Positions 51,838-62,152 of a stretch of DNA of 64,000 nucleotides are shown in pieces (within the stretch, counting starts at the first letter, position 1; each line of letters opens with the position of its first letter). The position numbers and the translations under genes were made by a program. Under the pieces are notes generated by a model that was not told the origin of the DNA, ran no database searches, and was given only the letters and a program-made list of their open reading frames with translations. This DNA is from an uncultured Thermoleophilia bacterium (GTDB taxonomy: Bacteria; Actinomycetota; Thermoleophilia; UBA2241), in NCBI GenBank assembly GCA_903927755.1, contig CAIYOD010000072.1, positions 53,254-117,253 on the forward strand, read 5' to 3'.

Positions 51838-52878
51838 TCAGAGCTCGTCGAAGAGCGTGTGCCCGGGGGCCGGCGGCTTGAGCCCGCAGTGCACGAATCC
51901 GGTGCGCGTGAGCACCCGCCCGCGCGGCGTGCGCTTGAGGAAGCCCTGCATGATCAAGTACGGCTCGTAGACATCCATGACCGTGTCGGCCTCTTCGCCG
52001 AGCGCGACGGCGAGCGTGTCGAGGCCCACCGGCCCGCCGTCGAACTTTTCGGCGATGATCTTCAGGATGTCACGGTCGAGCTTATCGAGGCCCTCTCCGT
52101 CGACCTGGAAGAGCTCCAGGGCCGCGAGGCAGATGTCGTGGTCGATCACGCCCTCGTGGCGGACCTGCGCGAAGTCGCGCACGCGCCGCAGGAGCCGGTT
52201 GGCGACGCGCGGCGTGCCGCGCGAACGCCCGGCGATCTCGAGCGCGGAATCCCGGTCGATCTCGACCCTCAGGATGCCTGCTGAGCGGCGGACGATGGCG
52301 GCCAGCTCCTCGATCTCGTAGTACTCCAGCCGCTGCCAGACGCCGAATCGGTCGCGTAGCGGCGTCGTCAGCAGCCCCGTGCGAGTGGTGGCGCCGATCA
52401 GGGTGAACGGCGCCACCTGCATGCGGATGCTGCGGGCCGCCGGCCCTTCGCCGATCATGATGTCGATCTCGTAGTCCTCCATCGCGGGATAGAGGACCTC
52501 TTCGACGGCGGCGTTGAGGCGGTGGATCTCGTCGACGAAGAGGACGTCGCCCTCCTGCAGGTTGGTGAGCAGGCCGGCGACGTCGACCTTGCGCTCGAGC
52601 GCCGGCCCCGACGTGGTGTGCATACCCACGCCGAGCTCCTGCGAGATGATCCCGGCGAGCGTGGTCTTGCCGAGGCCGGGAGGTCCGGCGATGAGAACGT
52701 GGTCGAGGGTGTCGCCGCGCTGCTTGGCGGCCTCGACGAAGATCTCGAGCTGCTCCTTGGCCACGCGCTGACCGACGAAGTCGTCGAACCGTCGTGGCCT
52801 GAGGGTGAGCTCGAGGTCCTGGTCGTCGGCGCGCTCGTTGGGATCGCCGATGCGGTCCTGCGGCTTCTTGGGCATCAC
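51838..52878 (-). CDS. ruvB: Holliday junction branch-migration helicase RuvB
   Basis: 346 aa, AAA+ Walker [10 protein letters not shown]. Confidence 0.96.
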   Translation of the reverse strand: MMPKKPQDRIGDPNERADDQDLELTLRPRRFDDFVGQRVAKEQLEIFVEAAKQRGDTLDHVLIAGPPGLGKTTLAGIISQELGVGMHTTSGPALERKVDVAGLLTNLQEGDVLFVDEIHRLNAAVEEVLYPAMEDYEIDIMIGEGPAARSIRMQVAPFTLIGATTRTGLLTTPLRDRFGVWQRLEYYEIEELAAIVRRSAGILRVEIDRDSALEIAGRSRGTPRVANRLLRRVRDFAQVRHEGVIDHDICLAALELFQVDGEGLDKLDRDILKIIAEKFDGGPVGLDTLAVALGEEADTVMDVYEPYLIMQGFLKRTPRGRVLTRTGFVHCGLKPPAPGHTLFDEL

Positions 52879-53477
52879 TCACCCGCCTTGCGCGTAAGGG
52901 CCCACTTGACCATGTCCTCGAGCGACGCGCCCTCGGGAGCGCCGCGCAGCGCCTCCTCGGCCTCGCGCAGCGTGAGCCCGAGGTTCTGCAGCGCGGAACG
53001 CGCCGCGAGGAACGAGTCGGCGAGCGCCGGGGCGCCGGTCTCGCCGGCTTCGCCGGCGCCCACCGGCGGCAGCTCGCCGACCTTGTCCTTGAGCTCGACG
53101 ACGAGCCGCTGGGCGAGCTTCTTGCCGATCCCGGGGATGCTCTCGAACTTCTTGACGTCGTCACGCGCCACGGCGAGCTCGAGCTCCGCCACCGGATAGC
53201 CCGAGAGGACGGCCAGAGCCACCTTGGGGCCGACCCCGCTCACCGCCGTCAGCCAGAGAAAAAAGGTGCGCTCGCCGAGGTCGCGGAAGCCGAACAGCTG
53301 GAGTGCATCCTCGCGCACGTTCAGGTACGTCGTGACGCTGACCTCCTCGCCGCGATGCGGGGAGAGGCTGCCGAGGGTGCGACTGGACGCCAGGACCTCG
53401 AGACCCAGACCGCCGACCTCGATCACGGCGCGCTCGCCGTCCACCATGAGAAGCGTGCCGCGGACGGAGGCGATCAC
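52875..53477 (-). CDS. ruvA: Holliday junction DNA helicase subunit RuvA
   Basis: 200 aa, MIASVRGTL...; HhH motifs. Confidence 0.93.
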   Translation of the reverse strand: MIASVRGTLLMVDGERAVIEVGGLGLEVLASSRTLGSLSPHRGEEVSVTTYLNVREDALQLFGFRDLGERTFFLWLTAVSGVGPKVALAVLSGYPVAELELAVARDDVKKFESIPGIGKKLAQRLVVELKDKVGELPPVGAGEAGETGAPALADSFLAARSALQNLGLTLREAEEALRGAPEGASLEDMVKWALTRKAGE

Positions 53478-53989
53478 ACGCCTCGCCCTCCCACAGTGCC
53501 GCGCACCGCGCGCATGCCGTCACTGTTGTGGTGCGTGTGGCAGATGGCCACCGCGAGCGCGTCGGCCGCGTGGTCCGGCTGGGGTATGCGTTCCAGACAG
53601 AGGATGGTCTTGGTCATCTCCTGCACCTGGATCTTGCTCGCCCGCCCGTAGCCGGTCACCGCCATCTTGATCTGGAGCGGCGAGTACTCACAGGGTGCGG
53701 TCTCCACTTCCGAGGCGGCGAGGATCAGGACCCCCTTGGCCTGCCCCACGGCGAGCGCTGTCTTCACGTTCACGTTCACGAACAGCTCTTCGAGGACGAC
53801 GATATCCGGACAGAAGCGCTTGATGAGGCCGCGCGCCTGGTCGTAGATCTGGCGCAGGCGCACGTGCGTGGGATCCTTGGCCGAGGTGACGATGCAGCCG
53901 TGGCCGAGCGAGCACAGGCGGTTGCCCTCCTGCTCGATGACCCCCCAGCCGGTGCTCGCGGTGCCCGGGTCGAAGCCCAGGACGATCAT
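53474..53989 (-). CDS. ruvC: crossover-junction endodeoxyribonuclease RuvC
   Basis: Start MIVLGFDPGTASTGWGVI, 171 aa. The upstream part of the track ORF is Arg-rich and not coding. Confidence 0.92.
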   Translation of the reverse strand: MIVLGFDPGTASTGWGVIEQEGNRLCSLGHGCIVTSAKDPTHVRLRQIYDQARGLIKRFCPDIVVLEELFVNVNVKTALAVGQAKGVLILAASEVETAPCEYSPLQIKMAVTGYGRASKIQVQEMTKTILCLERIPQPDHAADALAVAICHTHHNSDGMRAVRGTVGGRGV

Positions 53990-53994
53990 GCCCG

Positions 53995-54744
53995 TCAGCC
54001 CGCCAGAGCTTCGAGGACGTCCTCGGAGATGTCGAAGTTCGCGTAGACCTCCTGGACGTCGTCGCTGTCTTCCAAGGCGTCCATGATCTTCATGGTCTTG
54101 CGGGCGTCGTTCTCCTCGAGCTTGACCGTGGTCTTGGGGATCATCGTGAGGTCCGCGTTCTCGAACTCGATGCCGGCCGCCGTGAGCGCGTCGCGAACGG
54201 CGGCGAAGTCGGATGGTTCGGTGAGCACCTGGAACTCGTCGCCGTCCTGCACGACGTCTTCGGCGCCGGCGTCGATGGCCGCGGCCATGATGTCGTCCTC
54301 TCCATACTTGCCGCCGTCGACGACGATCGATCCACGGCGCTCGAAGCCCCACGCGACGGCCCCGGGCTGCGCGAGCTGTCCACCGTGCTTGCTGAAGATG
54401 TTGCGCACCTCGGCGGCCGAGCGGTTCTTGTTGTCGGTGAGGACGTCGACGATGATCGCGACGCCTGCCGGCCCGTAGCCCTCGTAGAGGATGCTCTCGT
54501 ACTGCTCGCCCTCGACCCCGCCGCCACCGCGCCCGATGGCCTTCTCGATGTTGTCCTTGGGCATGGACTCGGCCTTGGCCTTCTCGATGGCGTTGGCCAG
54601 CGAGATGTTCATGGACGGGTCGGTGCCGCCCTCACGCGCCGCGACGGTGATCGCCCGGGACAGCTTGCTGAACAGCTTGCCGCGCCTGGCGTCGGTCTTG
54701 CCCTTCTTGTGCTTGATGGTCGCCCACTTGGAGTGCCCGGACAC
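53995..54744 (-). CDS. yebC: YebC/PmpR family DNA-binding transcriptional regulator
   Basis: MSGHSKWATIKHKKG..., 249 aa. Confidence 0.93.
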   Translation of the reverse strand: MSGHSKWATIKHKKGKTDARRGKLFSKLSRAITVAAREGGTDPSMNISLANAIEKAKAESMPKDNIEKAIGRGGGGVEGEQYESILYEGYGPAGVAIIVDVLTDNKNRSAAEVRNIFSKHGGQLAQPGAVAWGFERRGSIVVDGGKYGEDDIMAAAIDAGAEDVVQDGDEFQVLTEPSDFAAVRDALTAAGIEFENADLTMIPKTTVKLEENDARKTMKIMDALEDSDDVQEVYANFDISEDVLEALAG

Positions 54745-54762
54745 TGCGGCACCACCTCCCTT

Positions 54763-55506
54763 TCAGCGGTGGCCGGCCGCAGCGGCGGCCCGGCCGGGCT
54801 CTCCGGCTTCGCAGGCGGCGGCTGCGCCGTGCGGCGCGTCCACCGCAGCCAGCCGGCGGCGGATCATTTGGATGAACAGTTCGTGCAGACGCGTGTCGTC
54901 GGTGAGCTCCGGGTGGAACGCGGTGACGAGCACGCCGCCTTCCCGGGCCGCGACGATGTGACCCTGACAGGTGGCCAGCACCTCGACGCACGGACCGGCG
55001 ATCTCGACCCACGGCGCGCGGATGAACACGGCGCGCACCGGACCACCCGAGACGCCCTCGACCTCGAGGTCGGCCTCGAAGCTGCGGACCTGACGGCCGA
55101 ACGCGTTGCGGCGCGCGACGACGTCCATGAGCCCGAGCGTGGGCGGCGCGCCCTCGACGGTGCCCGCCGCCACGGTGATGAGGCCGGCGCACGTGCCGTA
55201 GATGACGCCGCCTCGAGCGCCGAAGTCCCTGATGGGACCGGCCAGCCCGTAGGCCTCCATGAGCTTGTGGATCGTCGTGCTCTCGCCGCCGGGGATCACG
55301 AGGCCGTCCAGGCCTTCCAGATCGGCGGCCTTGCGCACCTCATGGGTGCGCGCTCCCAGGCGCTCGAGCATGAGGCGGTGTTCGCGGAAGTCTCCCTGCA
55401 GGGCGAGCACACCCACGACGAGACCGGCGCCCGGACCGTGCAGGTCGAGCGCCGGCTCGGGCGACAGGATCCAGTCCAGCCGCTTCTTGCCACTCTCAGG
55501 CGTCAT
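54763..55506 (-). CDS. pdxT: pyridoxal 5'-phosphate synthase glutaminase subunit
   Basis: The [13 protein letters not shown] motif and the TCAG catalytic Cys are present. ATG at 55506 has a GGGAG SD, giving about 30 aa N-terminal and about 35 aa C-terminal extensions. Confidence 0.88.
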   Translation of the reverse strand: MTPESGKKRLDWILSPEPALDLHGPGAGLVVGVLALQGDFREHRLMLERLGARTHEVRKAADLEGLDGLVIPGGESTTIHKLMEAYGLAGPIRDFGARGGVIYGTCAGLITVAAGTVEGAPPTLGLMDVVARRNAFGRQVRSFEADLEVEGVSGGPVRAVFIRAPWVEIAGPCVEVLATCQGHIVAAREGGVLVTAFHPELTDDTRLHELFIQMIRRRLAAVDAPHGAAAACEAGEPGRAAAAAGHR

Positions 55507-55518
55507 GCCGCTCCCGTA

Positions 55519-56403
55519 TCACCAGCCGCGATGCTGGATCTTGGCTTCTTCGGGCATCCGGGCGGCGTCGATGCCGGGCATCGCGTCACCGAGGCCCACG
55601 CTGACCTCGGCCAGGATGGCGGCGTCGCGGTAGTTCGTCGCCGCCTTGACGATGGCGTTGGCGCGGCTCTGCGGATCCTCGCTCTTGAAGATGCCGGAGC
55701 CGACGAAGACGCCCTCGGCGCCGAGCTGCATCATGAGCGCCGCGTCGGCCGGGGTCGCGATGCCGCCGGCCGAGAAGTTCACGACCGGGAGCTTGCCGTT
55801 CTCGGCCACCCACTTGACCAGCTCGATCGGCGCCGGCAGCTCTTTCGCGATGACGTACAGCTCGTCCTCGTCCAGCGTCTGCAGCTTGCGGATCTGCCCC
55901 ATGATCGTGCGCATGTGGCGGACGGCCTCGACGACGTCGCCGGTGCCGGCCTCGCCCTTGGTGCGGATCATCGCAGCGCCCTCGCTGATGCGGCGAAGCG
56001 CCTCACCGAGGTTGACGGCGCCGCAGACGAAGGGCACGTCGAACTTCCACTTGTTGATGTGGTTGGCCTCGTCGGCGGGCGTGAGCACTTCGCTCTCGTC
56101 GATGTAGTCGACCTCGAGAGACTGCAGGATCTGCGCCTCGACGAAGTGGCCGATGCGAGCCTTGGCCATCACGGGGACGGACACGCAGGCCTGGATCTCC
56201 TGGATCTTGGTGGGGTCGGCCATGCGGGCCACGCCGCCCTGGGCGCGAATGTCCGAGGGCACTCTCTCGAGCGCCATCACCGCGCACGCGCCGGCGTCTT
56301 CGGCGATCTTCGCCTGCTCGGCGTTGGTGACGTCCATGATGACGCCGCCCTTGAGCATGTCGGCGAGACCGCTCTTCACTCGCATGGTGCCGATATCAGT
56401 CAC
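55519..56403 (-). CDS. pdxS: pyridoxal 5'-phosphate synthase lyase subunit
   Basis: Probable GTG start ([25 protein letters not shown]) with GGAGG six nt upstream. 294 aa. Confidence 0.93.
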   Translation of the reverse strand: MTDIGTMRVKSGLADMLKGGVIMDVTNAEQAKIAEDAGACAVMALERVPSDIRAQGGVARMADPTKIQEIQACVSVPVMAKARIGHFVEAQILQSLEVDYIDESEVLTPADEANHINKWKFDVPFVCGAVNLGEALRRISEGAAMIRTKGEAGTGDVVEAVRHMRTIMGQIRKLQTLDEDELYVIAKELPAPIELVKWVAENGKLPVVNFSAGGIATPADAALMMQLGAEGVFVGSGIFKSEDPQSRANAIVKAATNYRDAAILAEVSVGLGDAMPGIDAARMPEEAKIQHRGW

Positions 56404-56517
56404 GGGGAACCTCCGGTTACTTTTGCACGCCAATCCTACCGCAGCGCCTGAATCCGCCGCTACCGGCGCGACGCCACGAAATGCCCAGCTTTGCGGGGAA
56501 AACTGGACGGATTGGAC

Positions 56518-58590
56518 TCAGCTCTTGTGCGCCTCTTCCTTGTCCTTCTGGGCCTGCTCGACGATCTTGGCGGTGAGGTGCGCCGGCACCTCTTCGTAGC
56601 GCAGGAACTCCATGTGGTAGTCGCCGCGCCCTCCCGTCATCGACGTGAGGTCGGGCGCATACGTGAGCATCTCCGCCAGCGGTACCTCGGCGCCGACCAC
56701 GTTGTTGTGGCCGCGCGGCGTGGTGCCCAGCACGCGACCGCGCCGCGAGTTGAGGTCGCCGATGATGTCGCCGACGTTCTCATCGGGCACGGTGATCTCC
56801 ACGTTCATGATCGGTTCGAGCAGGGCCGGCTGGGCCTTCTCGCAGGCCGCCTTGAAGCCGATGGAGCCGGCGATCTGGAAGGCCATGTCGCTCGAGTCCA
56901 CAGGGTGATACTTGCCGTCGTAGAGCTTGACGTGGACGTCGACCACCGGGTAGCCCGCGAGGAACCCGTCGTCCATGGCGGCGCGCACGCCCTTCTCGAC
57001 CGCCGGGATGAAGTTGCGCGGGATCGCGCCGCCGACGATCTTGTTCTCGAATTCGAACCCATCGCCGCGCGGTTGCGGACGGACCTCCATCCAGGTGTCG
57101 GCGAACTGGCCGCGGCCACCGGTCTGCTTCTTGTGCTTGCCCTCGGCCTTCGCCGTGCCCTTGATCGTCTCGCGGTACGGGACGCGCGGCGGCTTGAGCT
57201 CGACCTCGACGCCGAAGCGACGCTTCATGCGGTCCACCGTGACCTCGACGTGCACCTGGCTCATGCCGCCGACGATCATCTCGCCGGTCTGGTCGTCGTG
57301 GTGGACCTCGAGCATCGGGTCTTCCTCGGACAGGCGACGAAGGGCCGTGATGACCTTGTCCTCCTCGCCCTTGCTCTTGGCGGTGACGGCGAAACTCATG
57401 AGCGGCGCCGGGAAGCCGATGGGCGGGAAGTTGACGGCGTCGGCGTCGGCGCACAGCGTATCGCCGGTGACGACGTCCTTGAGCTTGGCGATGGCACCGA
57501 GGTCGCCGGCGACCAGATCGCCGGAGGCCTTGCTCTCCTTGCCCATCGTCTTGAGGATCTGGCCGAGACGCTCCTTGTGGCCGTCGCGCGCGATGACGAC
57601 CTGGGAGTCGCTGCTCATGGTCCCCTGGAAGACGCGGAACACGTTGACGTGACCGCTGAACGGGTCGGCGAGCGTCTTGAAGACGAAGGCGACGGCCGGC
57701 TGCGAGGGATCGCAGTCGAGCTCGACCTCGGCGTCGCCCTTCAGGGCCTTCGGGTGTGTGACGTCGACCGGCGACGGCGCGAGCGCGAGGACGTCGAAGA
57801 TGTGATCCACCGCGATGTTGGCCGTCGCCGACGCGCAGGCGACCGGGTAGAGCTGAGCGGTGGCGACGGCGGCGGCGAACGCCGCGTTGAGCTCGTCCGC
57901 CGTGATCTCCTCTTCCATCAGGTACTTCTCGGCGAGGTCGTCGTTGGTGCTCGCGACCGCGTCGATGAGCTTGTCGCGAGCCACAGCGGCAGCGTCGGCG
58001 AGCTCGGCGGGGATGTCGCCCACCGTCGCCTTGCCGTCGTTGTACGTGTGCGCCTTCATGGTGAGCAGGTCGACCACGCCGCTGAAGTCGTGTTCCTTGC
58101 CGATGGGCAGCTGCACGGCGACGACCTGGGCGCCGAAGGACTCCTGCAGGAGGCCGAGAGCGTGGTCGAAGTCGGCGCGCTCGCGGTCGAGCATGTTGCA
58201 GACGATGACGCGTCCGAGACCTCGGGTCTCAGCGCGATCCCAGAGCCGCTCGTGCTGGACCTCGACGCCGAGCACGGTGTTGACGACCACCAGCGCGGTC
58301 TCGACGACCTGCAGGCTGGCGATGGCGTCGGCGAGGAAGCTCGAGTCGCCGGGCGTGTCGATCAGGTTGAACGAGAGACCGCCGCGGTCGACGTGCGCCA
58401 GGCCGGCCGAGAGGCTCATCTGGCGCTTCTTCTCGTCGTCGTCCCAGTCGGAGACGGTCGTGCCGTCGGCCACGGAGCCCAGTCGGGTGATCGCCCCGGC
58501 GTCGAACAGCAACGCCTCGAACAGCGACGTCTTGCCGGTACCACGGTGGCCGACGAGGGCGATGTTCCTGATCTTGGCTGGGTCGTTCAT
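56518..58590 (-). CDS. elongation factor G paralog (EF-G2-like translational GTPase)
   Basis: 690 aa with the full five-domain EF-G architecture. G1 reads GHRGTGKT. G3 reads DTPGDSSF, with His replaced by Asp. G4 reads NMLD, with Lys replaced by Met. Confidence 0.88.
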   Translation of the reverse strand: MNDPAKIRNIALVGHRGTGKTSLFEALLFDAGAITRLGSVADGTTVSDWDDDEKKRQMSLSAGLAHVDRGGLSFNLIDTPGDSSFLADAIASLQVVETALVVVNTVLGVEVQHERLWDRAETRGLGRVIVCNMLDRERADFDHALGLLQESFGAQVVAVQLPIGKEHDFSGVVDLLTMKAHTYNDGKATVGDIPAELADAAAVARDKLIDAVASTNDDLAEKYLMEEEITADELNAAFAAAVATAQLYPVACASATANIAVDHIFDVLALAPSPVDVTHPKALKGDAEVELDCDPSQPAVAFVFKTLADPFSGHVNVFRVFQGTMSSDSQVVIARDGHKERLGQILKTMGKESKASGDLVAGDLGAIAKLKDVVTGDTLCADADAVNFPPIGFPAPLMSFAVTAKSKGEEDKVITALRRLSEEDPMLEVHHDDQTGEMIVGGMSQVHVEVTVDRMKRRFGVEVELKPPRVPYRETIKGTAKAEGKHKKQTGGRGQFADTWMEVRPQPRGDGFEFENKIVGGAIPRNFIPAVEKGVRAAMDDGFLAGYPVVDVHVKLYDGKYHPVDSSDMAFQIAGSIGFKAACEKAQPALLEPIMNVEITVPDENVGDIIGDLNSRRGRVLGTTPRGHNNVVGAEVPLAEMLTYAPDLTSMTGGRGDYHMEFLRYEEVPAHLTAKIVEQAQKDKEEAHKS

Positions 58591-58703
58591 CCGGGGTCTC
58601 CTCGTTCTCTTACGCCGGCCTCCCGCCCGCGGGCGCGCGAGGCGGCCGGTCGTGTCCTGTCGGAAGGATGAAGTCTAGCACAGGGGGCATGCGGAGATGC
58701 GCC

Positions 58704-59978
58704 TCAGACAGCCTCCGTGGGCGAGCTCTCAGCGGATGCCCCGGCGAGCTCGCGAGCAGCCTGCGCGGCGCCTCCGGGGTCGGGGTGGAACGACTGCGCC
58801 GGAGACTGGTGGCGACGGGCCGGCGAGCCGCCGGCCAGAGTGAGCGACTTGAAGCCGTACTTCTCGCGCACCTTGTCGACCGCCTCGCCGAGCGCCACCT
58901 CGCGCCAGCCGTCGTCCATGGTGAGCTGGAAGGCGTTGTGGGTGAGGCCGCTGACGCTCACCCCGACGAGGCGCACCCAGCGGGCGCCGACGTCGAGCTC
59001 GTCCAGCAGCGCCATGGCCGTCTCGTGGATGGGCCGCACGGCGCTGACCGGGCGCGGCAGCGTGCGGCGCCGACCCACGGTGTGGAACGTGTTGAAGCGC
59101 ACCTTGAGCGCCACGGTGCGCGCCGCCAGGCCCTTGCCACGCAACTCTGCGACGGCGCTGTCGGTGAGCGAGAGCAGCGTGGCGCGCAGGAACTCCTGGT
59201 CGTTGACGTCGTCGTCGAAGGTGATCTCGCGGCCGACCGACTTGGGCAGCGGCCGACCGCTGCGCACCGGCGAGAAGCTGCGCCCCAGGGCGAGCTGGCG
59301 CAGCCCGTGCGCGCCCTTGCCGAACGCCGCCGCGAGCAGCGGGAACGGCACGTCCTGCAGCATGCCGACCGTGGTGAGGCCGAGGGCGGTGAGCCGCTCC
59401 TGGGTGACGGGGCCGATGCCGCAGACCTCGCCCACGGGCAGGTCGCGCAGACGGCCGTGCACGTCGGCGGCGATGAGCTCGCCGATGCCGGCCGGTTTGT
59501 GGAGGCCGGCGGCCAGCTTGGCCAGCAGCTTGGTGGGCCCGATGCCGATGGAACAGGTGACGCCGTGCGCGTCGTACACCTGCTCCTGGATGCGGTGGGC
59601 GATGGTGCGCGGCGGGCCGAACAGCCGCCGGCTGCCGGTGACGTCCAGATAGGCCTCGTCGATGGACGCCACTTCGACGAGGTCGGTGTAGTGCCCCAGG
59701 AGTTCGACCAGCGAGCGGTGGACGGCCAAGTAGGCCCTCATGTCGACCGGCAGGAACACCCCGTGCGGGCAGAGCCGCTCGGCCTGCGTGATGGGCAGCG
59801 CGCTGTGCACCCCGTAGGCGCGCGCCTCGTAGGAGCAGGCCGAGACCACCCCGCGCGCCCCGCGCTCGCCGCCGACGATGACCGGCAGGCCGTGCAACTC
59901 GGGGCGACGCGCCTGCTCCACGGAGGCGAAGAAGGCGTCCATGTCGAGATGGAGGATCGATCTGCCGGAGGCGAACAT
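58704..59978 (-). CDS. dinB: DNA polymerase IV (Y-family)
   Basis: MFASGRSILHLDMDAFFASVE..SIDEAYLDVTG; 424 aa including a C-terminal extension. Confidence 0.93.
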   Translation of the reverse strand: MFASGRSILHLDMDAFFASVEQARRPELHGLPVIVGGERGARGVVSACSYEARAYGVHSALPITQAERLCPHGVFLPVDMRAYLAVHRSLVELLGHYTDLVEVASIDEAYLDVTGSRRLFGPPRTIAHRIQEQVYDAHGVTCSIGIGPTKLLAKLAAGLHKPAGIGELIAADVHGRLRDLPVGEVCGIGPVTQERLTALGLTTVGMLQDVPFPLLAAAFGKGAHGLRQLALGRSFSPVRSGRPLPKSVGREITFDDDVNDQEFLRATLLSLTDSAVAELRGKGLAARTVALKVRFNTFHTVGRRRTLPRPVSAVRPIHETAMALLDELDVGARWVRLVGVSVSGLTHNAFQLTMDDGWREVALGEAVDKVREKYGFKSLTLAGGSPARRHQSPAQSFHPDPGGAAQAARELAGASAESSPTEAV

Positions 59979-60068
59979 ACGTTCGTAGTGTACCTCCGGC
60001 GAGGACGGATGGTCAACGGATCGGGGTCTGACGGACGAAGACCGGACGAGTGTCCGGCGGCGCGCCTG

Positions 60069-60581
60069 CTACTGCACGCGCCGCCCGAGGTCGATCGTGT
60101 ACATGACCACGCCCGACATGCCCTTGAAAGAACCTCTGGTGCACCCGATGCCGACGTCGCGCCACCGCTTGCTCAGGATGACCTGCCGGTGGGGACCGGA
60201 GCGCATCCAGGCCTTGAAGATCGCCTGCGGCGTACCTCGCACCGACACTCCCCAGGCGATCACCTCGCCGACCGCCCATTGTGAGCAGCCGTTCACGGAA
60301 TAGCCCGCGCCGCGCGCCCTCGTGGCCACCGAGGCGCCGCTGAGAGATGAATGGGCGAAGTAGTCGTGAGCGATCATGTCCCGGGAGTGCGCGAGCGCCG
60401 CCCGGTCGAGCGGACCGACGATCCCGACCGCGTGCAGCCCGCGGCTCACCCGGGCGTGATTGACCAGCCGCAGCATCGTGACTTCATTAGCCGAGCGGTC
60501 GAAGGCCAGCGCCGGAACCGCCCCGGCGACGAGCATCATGAGCAGTGCGATCACCACCGCACCCGTGAGTCTGCGCTTCAT
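60069..60581 (-). CDS. secreted CAP (SCP/PR-1-like, YkwD) domain protein
   Basis: Signal peptide MKRRLTGAVVIALLMMLVAGAVPALA followed by a CAP domain (HSRDMIAHDYFAH...GEVIAWG). Confidence 0.8.
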   Translation of the reverse strand: MKRRLTGAVVIALLMMLVAGAVPALAFDRSANEVTMLRLVNHARVSRGLHAVGIVGPLDRAALAHSRDMIAHDYFAHSSLSGASVATRARGAGYSVNGCSQWAVGEVIAWGVSVRGTPQAIFKAWMRSGPHRQVILSKRWRDVGIGCTRGSFKGMSGVVMYTIDLGRRVQ

Positions 60582-60632
60582 GGACTGCCTCCCCATGGCT
60601 GGGCTCTCGGGCCCCTTTCGCGACGCGGACGC

Positions 60633-61000
60633 TCAGCCCTCCCCCGGCACGTCGAGCCGGGGGACGTCGCCCCACAGCGTCTCGAGCCGGTAGAAGTCGC
60701 GGGCCGTCGTCGTGAACACGTGCACCACGACGTCGATGAAGTCGACGAGGATCCACTCGCCCTCGCGCTCCCCCTCCACACGAGCGGGGCGGCGATCGGC
60801 GCGGATCCCGTGCTGGATCTCGTCGGCAATGGCCTTCGTCTGGCGCGTGTTGGCGCCACTGACGACCACGAAGTAATCGGTGTACGACACGGCCTCGTCC
60901 ATGCTGAGGACGACGATGTCCTGCGCCTTCTTGCCGGCGGCCAGCGCGACGATGTCGCGGGCCAGGCGCTCGGAGGTCGTGGGTTCTGGGAGGGCGGCTA
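60633..61000 (-). CDS. rsfS: ribosome silencing factor RsfS (Iojap-like); start codon unresolved
   Basis: ...SERLARDIVALAAGKKAQDIVVLSMDEAVSYTDYFVVVSGANTRQTKAIADEIQ...WILVDFIDVVVHVF aligns to full-length RsfS. No in-frame ATG, GTG or TTG lies between the upstream stop (60998) and the conserved N-terminal helix. Confidence 0.75.
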
Positions 61001-62152
61001 CGGCTGGTCCTTTGTGCCTGATTGCGATGCCTTGAAGTCGTCGCCGACGATGACCTGGATCGTTCCGTCCGGCAGGTCGGGGCCGTCGAGGACGACGCCG
61101 CGGCCGAGTATAGCACGGATGCTCCGGGCCACCGGGAGGGTCTCGGCGCCCGCCAGAATCTGCGTCTGCTTGTACGAGAAGGCATCGGCATTGAGCGGCT
61201 TCGGCAGGTTCACGTCGAGACTGGCGAGGCGCTCGACGACCGCCTCGCCCACGCCGATCTTGCCGCTCCCGTTGAGTACCTGCACGGTCACATCGGCGTG
61301 GAATGCCGGCGACCGCCGCGTGATGCCGGCCTGGATCGCCTCGGGGTCGGGGACGAAGGCGAACTGCCCCTCGGCGACCCGCGTGTTCGCGGGGAAGCGC
61401 TCGACCACCGCCGAGCCTGACGTGATGCGCCGGAGGATGTCTGACAGGGCCGGCCCCTTCTGCGGTGAGGGGCTCACGCCGGCGAGGGCGGCGCGCTCGC
61501 CGGCGGGCCGCAGAGCGGCCGCCTCGAGCGCGGCCTCGACCAGGGCCGCCTGCAGGGCCGTGATGTCGCGCCGGTTGGTCCCGGCGTCGGAGAAGATCGC
61601 CGGCAGATCCTCGACGGCGACGGCGTCGCCGTCCTTGACCATCTGCGTGTGGCCGCTCACGTCGGCGGCCACGGGGTGATCGAGAGTGACCAGCAACTCG
61701 GCGGCGCCGGCCCACTTCCCGAGATCCGACACCGGCACGGTGTAGACGGCATCGATCGGCGCGTTGACCACGCGGCCCAGGTCCTCCGAGAGGGTACCCG
61801 TCGCCATCGCGTCGGCGGCGAACACGTACTCGCCGTTGGGCCCCTCCAGGAGCACGTCCGGCGGCACCAGGTAGACACCAGGGTCGCCGCCAGACGGGTC
61901 CTGCACGACGAGCAGGGCGGCGACCGGCGTCTCCTCACCGGGCGCCGTGAGCTGGATCGCCGCGAGGTAACCGCTCTTCTCCGCCGTGGGCTCATCGCTG
62001 GAGAGGCGCCCGGACACATACCAGGCGCCGAGCACCGCCGCGAACGCGACCAGCGCCGCCAGCAGGTAGAGGATCCAGGCCTGCGAGCGCTCGATCCGCG
62101 AGCGACGCCGGCGGCGCAGACGGTCGCTCCGGTATCCCTTACGCTTCGGCAT
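60998..62152 (-). CDS. membrane-anchored LytR_C (LytR/CpsA/Psr C-terminal) domain protein
   Basis: 384 aa. N-terminal basic stretch and a transmembrane segment. C-terminal VTVQVLNGSGKIGVGEAV...IQVIVGDDF matches the LytR_C domain. Confidence 0.7.
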   Translation of the reverse strand: MPKRKGYRSDRLRRRRRSRIERSQAWILYLLAALVAFAAVLGAWYVSGRLSSDEPTAEKSGYLAAIQLTAPGEETPVAALLVVQDPSGGDPGVYLVPPDVLLEGPNGEYVFAADAMATGTLSEDLGRVVNAPIDAVYTVPVSDLGKWAGAAELLVTLDHPVAADVSGHTQMVKDGDAVAVEDLPAIFSDAGTNRRDITALQAALVEAALEAAALRPAGERAALAGVSPSPQKGPALSDILRRITSGSAVVERFPANTRVAEGQFAFVPDPEAIQAGITRRSPAFHADVTVQVLNGSGKIGVGEAVVERLASLDVNLPKPLNADAFSYKQTQILAGAETLPVARSIRAILGRGVVLDGPDLPDGTIQVIVGDDFKASQSGTKDQP

